Source: an uncultured Pirellulaceae bacterium
Lineage (GTDB): Bacteria > Planctomycetota > Planctomycetia > Pirellulales > Pirellulaceae
Direction: 5' to 3'
Length of the DNA: 28,428 bases
Assembly: GCA_964640885.1 (NCBI GenBank)
Contig: CAZXJC010000471.1
Span: 1-28,428 of the forward strand
Positions 26,348-28,428 of this stretch are shown in pieces. Numbering within the stretch: the stretch's first letter is position 1; the number at the start of each line of letters is the position of its first letter. Made by a program: the position numbers and the translations under genes. The notes under the pieces are model-generated. The model saw only the letters and a list, made by a program, of their open reading frames with translations. It was not told where the DNA came from and made no database searches.

Positions 26348-26623
26348 ATGACTATCCGTGTTGAACTGTATGGTATTCCGCGTCAACGGGCCGGTACCGA
26401 ACTGCTGCATGTTGCCACGGAGAGTGATGGTGTCTGCCTTGCGCAAATCCTGGCAGACCTGACACGGCAGTCACCCGCTTTAGCGGCGGCTTGCTTCGAG
26501 GAAGGCAGCTTACGTAACGGCTATTTAGCCAGCATCGATGGCGTGACGTTTGTAACTGATCCCGAGACGGTTGTCTTACCGGGTCAGTCACTGTTACTGC
26601 TGTCAGCCGATGCAGGAGGATAA
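26348..26623 (+). CDS. moaD: MoaD/ThiS family ubiquitin-like sulfur carrier
   Basis: About 91 aa beta-grasp pattern (IRVELYG..R..AG) with C-terminal Gly-Gly (LSADAGG), directly upstream of an AOR gene. ATG 26348 preferred over GTG 26324. Confidence 0.85.
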   Translation: MTIRVELYGIPRQRAGTELLHVATESDGVCLAQILADLTRQSPALAAACFEEGSLRNGYLASIDGVTFVTDPETVVLPGQSLLLLSADAGG

Positions 26624-26658
26624 ACCGTGATGATATTAACAGTTTACAAAGGTGTTCT

Positions 26659-28428
26659 ATGACCACAGGTGAAATAAGTCGCCCACGTCACGGAAACCAT
26701 GGTCGTTATTTACGGATCGATGTAACTTGCCAGGCGAGCCAGTCGAAAGTAATTGATGAACTGGCATTACGGAGATTCCTGGGTGGCAGTGGCCTGGGCA
26801 CCTATTTGCTTCTGCACGAAGGGGCTGCGGAAGTAGATCCACTGGCACCGGAGGCGGTGCTGGCTTTTGTTTTTAGTCCACTGGTAGGCAGTCCGTTGAC
26901 CACGTCTGCTAAGTTTGCCGTTGTCAGCAAGAGTCCCCTGACCGGGCGGCTCAATGACTCCCTGGCCAGCAGTCGATTTGCGCTGGAAGGAAAAAAGACG
27001 GGCCATGATGCCATCCTCTTATGTGGCAAAGCAGCTCAACCTTCTGTCCTGCTCGTTAATGACGATCAAGTTACCCTGGAACCGGCGGAAGACCTCTGGG
27101 GGTGTTCTTGTCCTGATACGGAACGATTGCTGAAGGAACGATATGGCCCCGATTACCAGGCGGCCGTTATTGGTCCAGCAGGTGAACAACAGGTGCGCTA
27201 CGCAACGATTTCGCACGACGGTCGCCACGCTGGTCGTGGCGGCAGTGGGGCAGTTCTCGGATCGAAGAATATTAAGGCCGTCTTGGTTCGCGGCAGCCAG
27301 CGGGTGAGCTGGTCGCAACCGGAAGAACTTGTTGAGTTGGCAAAGGACCTGTCAGAGAAATCATTTGGGCCGGCGACTGCCAAGTACCGCGAGCTGGGAA
27401 CGGCGGCTAACATGCTCTTGTTGAATCGCTTAAAAGCACTACCAACGCGCAACTTTCAGCAAGGTAGTTTTGAACAGGCCGTAGAACTGTCGCCAGAAAA
27501 ATTGACCGTGACTCGAACCAAGACCCGAAACTCCTGTGCAGCTTGCACGATTGGTTGTGAGCACATCTATGGTGTAACTGGCAAGAGTTCCCAGGGATCG
27601 GCCGGGACACGCCTGGAATATGAAAACTTGTTTGCGCTGGGGTCTCTTTGTGGAGTGGGGGAATCGGATGATGTTATAAACGCGTCGCAACTTTGTGATG
27701 AACTGGGATTGGATACGATCAGTGCCGGTGGCACGATCGCTTTTGCAATGGAATGTGTGGAACGTGGTTTTTGGGATGTACCCTGGCTCAAGTTTGGGGA
27801 CGGCAAGGCCTTGCTGCAGGCCATCGAGTGGATTGGGAAACGGCACGACGTGGGAGATCTGCTTGCCGAAGGGAGCCGCCGCCTGGCCGAAACAATCGGA
27901 CACGACACAATTCAATTTGCACCCCAGGTGAAAGGCCTCGAAATCCCCGGTTACGAACCACGAGCTCTGCAAACCATGGGACTGGGTTTTGCTGTGGCAG
28001 CTCGCGGTGCTGATCATAACCGTAGCAGCGCTTATGAAGTTGACATTGCGGAAGGGGCTCAGCGACATGACTTGCCGCCGACGGCCGCTGCTCAAGCAGT
28101 CGCCACTGAAAACAAGGCAGCGATCATGGATTCCTTGATCCTCTGCAAGTTCTTGCGAGGAGTTTTTGTCGACTTGTATGGTGAAGCAGCTGAGATGTTA
28201 CAGCAGGTAACCGGGTGGGATGTCGATGGGGAAGAACTCGAAGAAACCGCTCGGCGAATCATTACGGCTAAGAAATGGTTTAATATCCGGGCCGGCTGGA
28301 AACCAGCTGAGGACACTTTGCCAGCACGCTTTTTATATGAAGCACTGGCCGATGATCAGCAGGCTCGGATGTCAAAGAAGGATTTTCAGCAGTCTGTGCA
28401 GGCCTATAATCAGTGCCGCGGCTGGTCG
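26659..28428 (+). CDS. aor: Aldehyde:ferredoxin oxidoreductase family (tungstopterin) protein, 3'-truncated by the window edge and absent from the supplied ORF track
   Basis: My manual translation from ATG 26659 is open for 590 codons to the window end: YLRIDV, FLGGSGLG, SKSPLTG, IGPAGE, HAGRGGSGAVLGSKNIKA, [4Fe-4S] motif CAACTIGC, LEYENLFALG, LCDELGLDTIS, VKGLEIPGYEPR, RGADH, DSLILCKF, DTLPARF, ending RGWS. AAAGGT Shine-Dalgarno. Confidence 0.93.
   Translation, partial: MTTGEISRPRHGNHGRYLRIDVTCQASQSKVIDELALRRFLGGSGLGTYLLLHEGAAEVDPLAPEAVLAFVFSPLVGSPLTTSAKFAVVSKSPLTGRLNDSLASSRFALEGKKTGHDAILLCGKAAQPSVLLVNDDQVTLEPAEDLWGCSCPDTERLLKERYGPDYQAAVIGPAGEQQVRYATISHDGRHAGRGGSGAVLGSKNIKAVLVRGSQRVSWSQPEELVELAKDLSEKSFGPATAKYRELGTAANMLLLNRLKALPTRNFQQGSFEQAVELSPEKLTVTRTKTRNSCAACTIGCEHIYGVTGKSSQGSAGTRLEYENLFALGSLCGVGESDDVINASQLCDELGLDTISAGGTIAFAMECVERGFWDVPWLKFGDGKALLQAIEWIGKRHDVGDLLAEGSRRLAETIGHDTIQFAPQVKGLEIPGYEPRALQTMGLGFAVAARGADHNRSSAYEVDIAEGAQRHDLPPTAAAQAVATENKAAIMDSLILCKFLRGVFVDLYGEAAEMLQQVTGWDVDGEELEETARRIITAKKWFNIRAGWKPAEDTLPARFLYEALADDQQARMSKKDFQQSVQAYNQCRGWS

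Noticed and set aside
26657-28316. Numerous minus-strand and alternative-frame ORFs in the track (e.g. 27439..28095, 218 aa)
   Set aside because: They are shadows of the plus-strand AOR gene, which has clear family motifs; the shadow translations have none.
1-28428. tRNA, rRNA, CRISPR arrays, transposases, integrases, phage or defence genes
   Set aside because: No cloverleaf or T-loop signatures, regularly spaced repeats or corresponding protein motifs were seen by eye; a tRNAscan-SE, Infernal or CRISPR finder run would be the definitive check.

Overview
Gene-dense (~54% GC by eye) chromosomal window from a Planctomycetota bacterium, most likely Pirellulaceae-like, judged by the planctomycete-type DUF1549/DUF1553, PPC, cytochrome c-WD40, VWA and DUF1080 proteins. 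It holds about 22 CDSs: a methyltransferase fragment, an AroE-like dehydrogenase, aguB-aguA, bioD, glnE plus an unknown flavoprotein, a SigA/RpoD-type sigma factor with a strong terminator and ~900 bp upstream intergenic region, an SDR, a secreted PPC/DUF1549-1553/cytochrome c-WD40 module, an alpha/beta hydrolase, two tandem purine nucleoside phosphorylases, VOC, DUF480, a VWA lipoprotein, DUF1080, MoaD, and a tungsten-type aldehyde:ferredoxin oxidoreductase that runs off the window end and is missing from the ORF track. I found no tRNA, rRNA, CRISPR array or mobile element. Best leads: (1) the PNP pair differs at the base-specificity residue (Asp vs Asn) and both lack the ribose-5'-OH His; (2) the moaD-aor locus; (3) the three-gene periplasmic module without DUF1501; (4) an AroE-like enzyme whose carboxylate-binding residues are replaced; (5) several intergenic structured-RNA candidates. 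All family calls come from motif recognition by eye; no database search or folding program was run.
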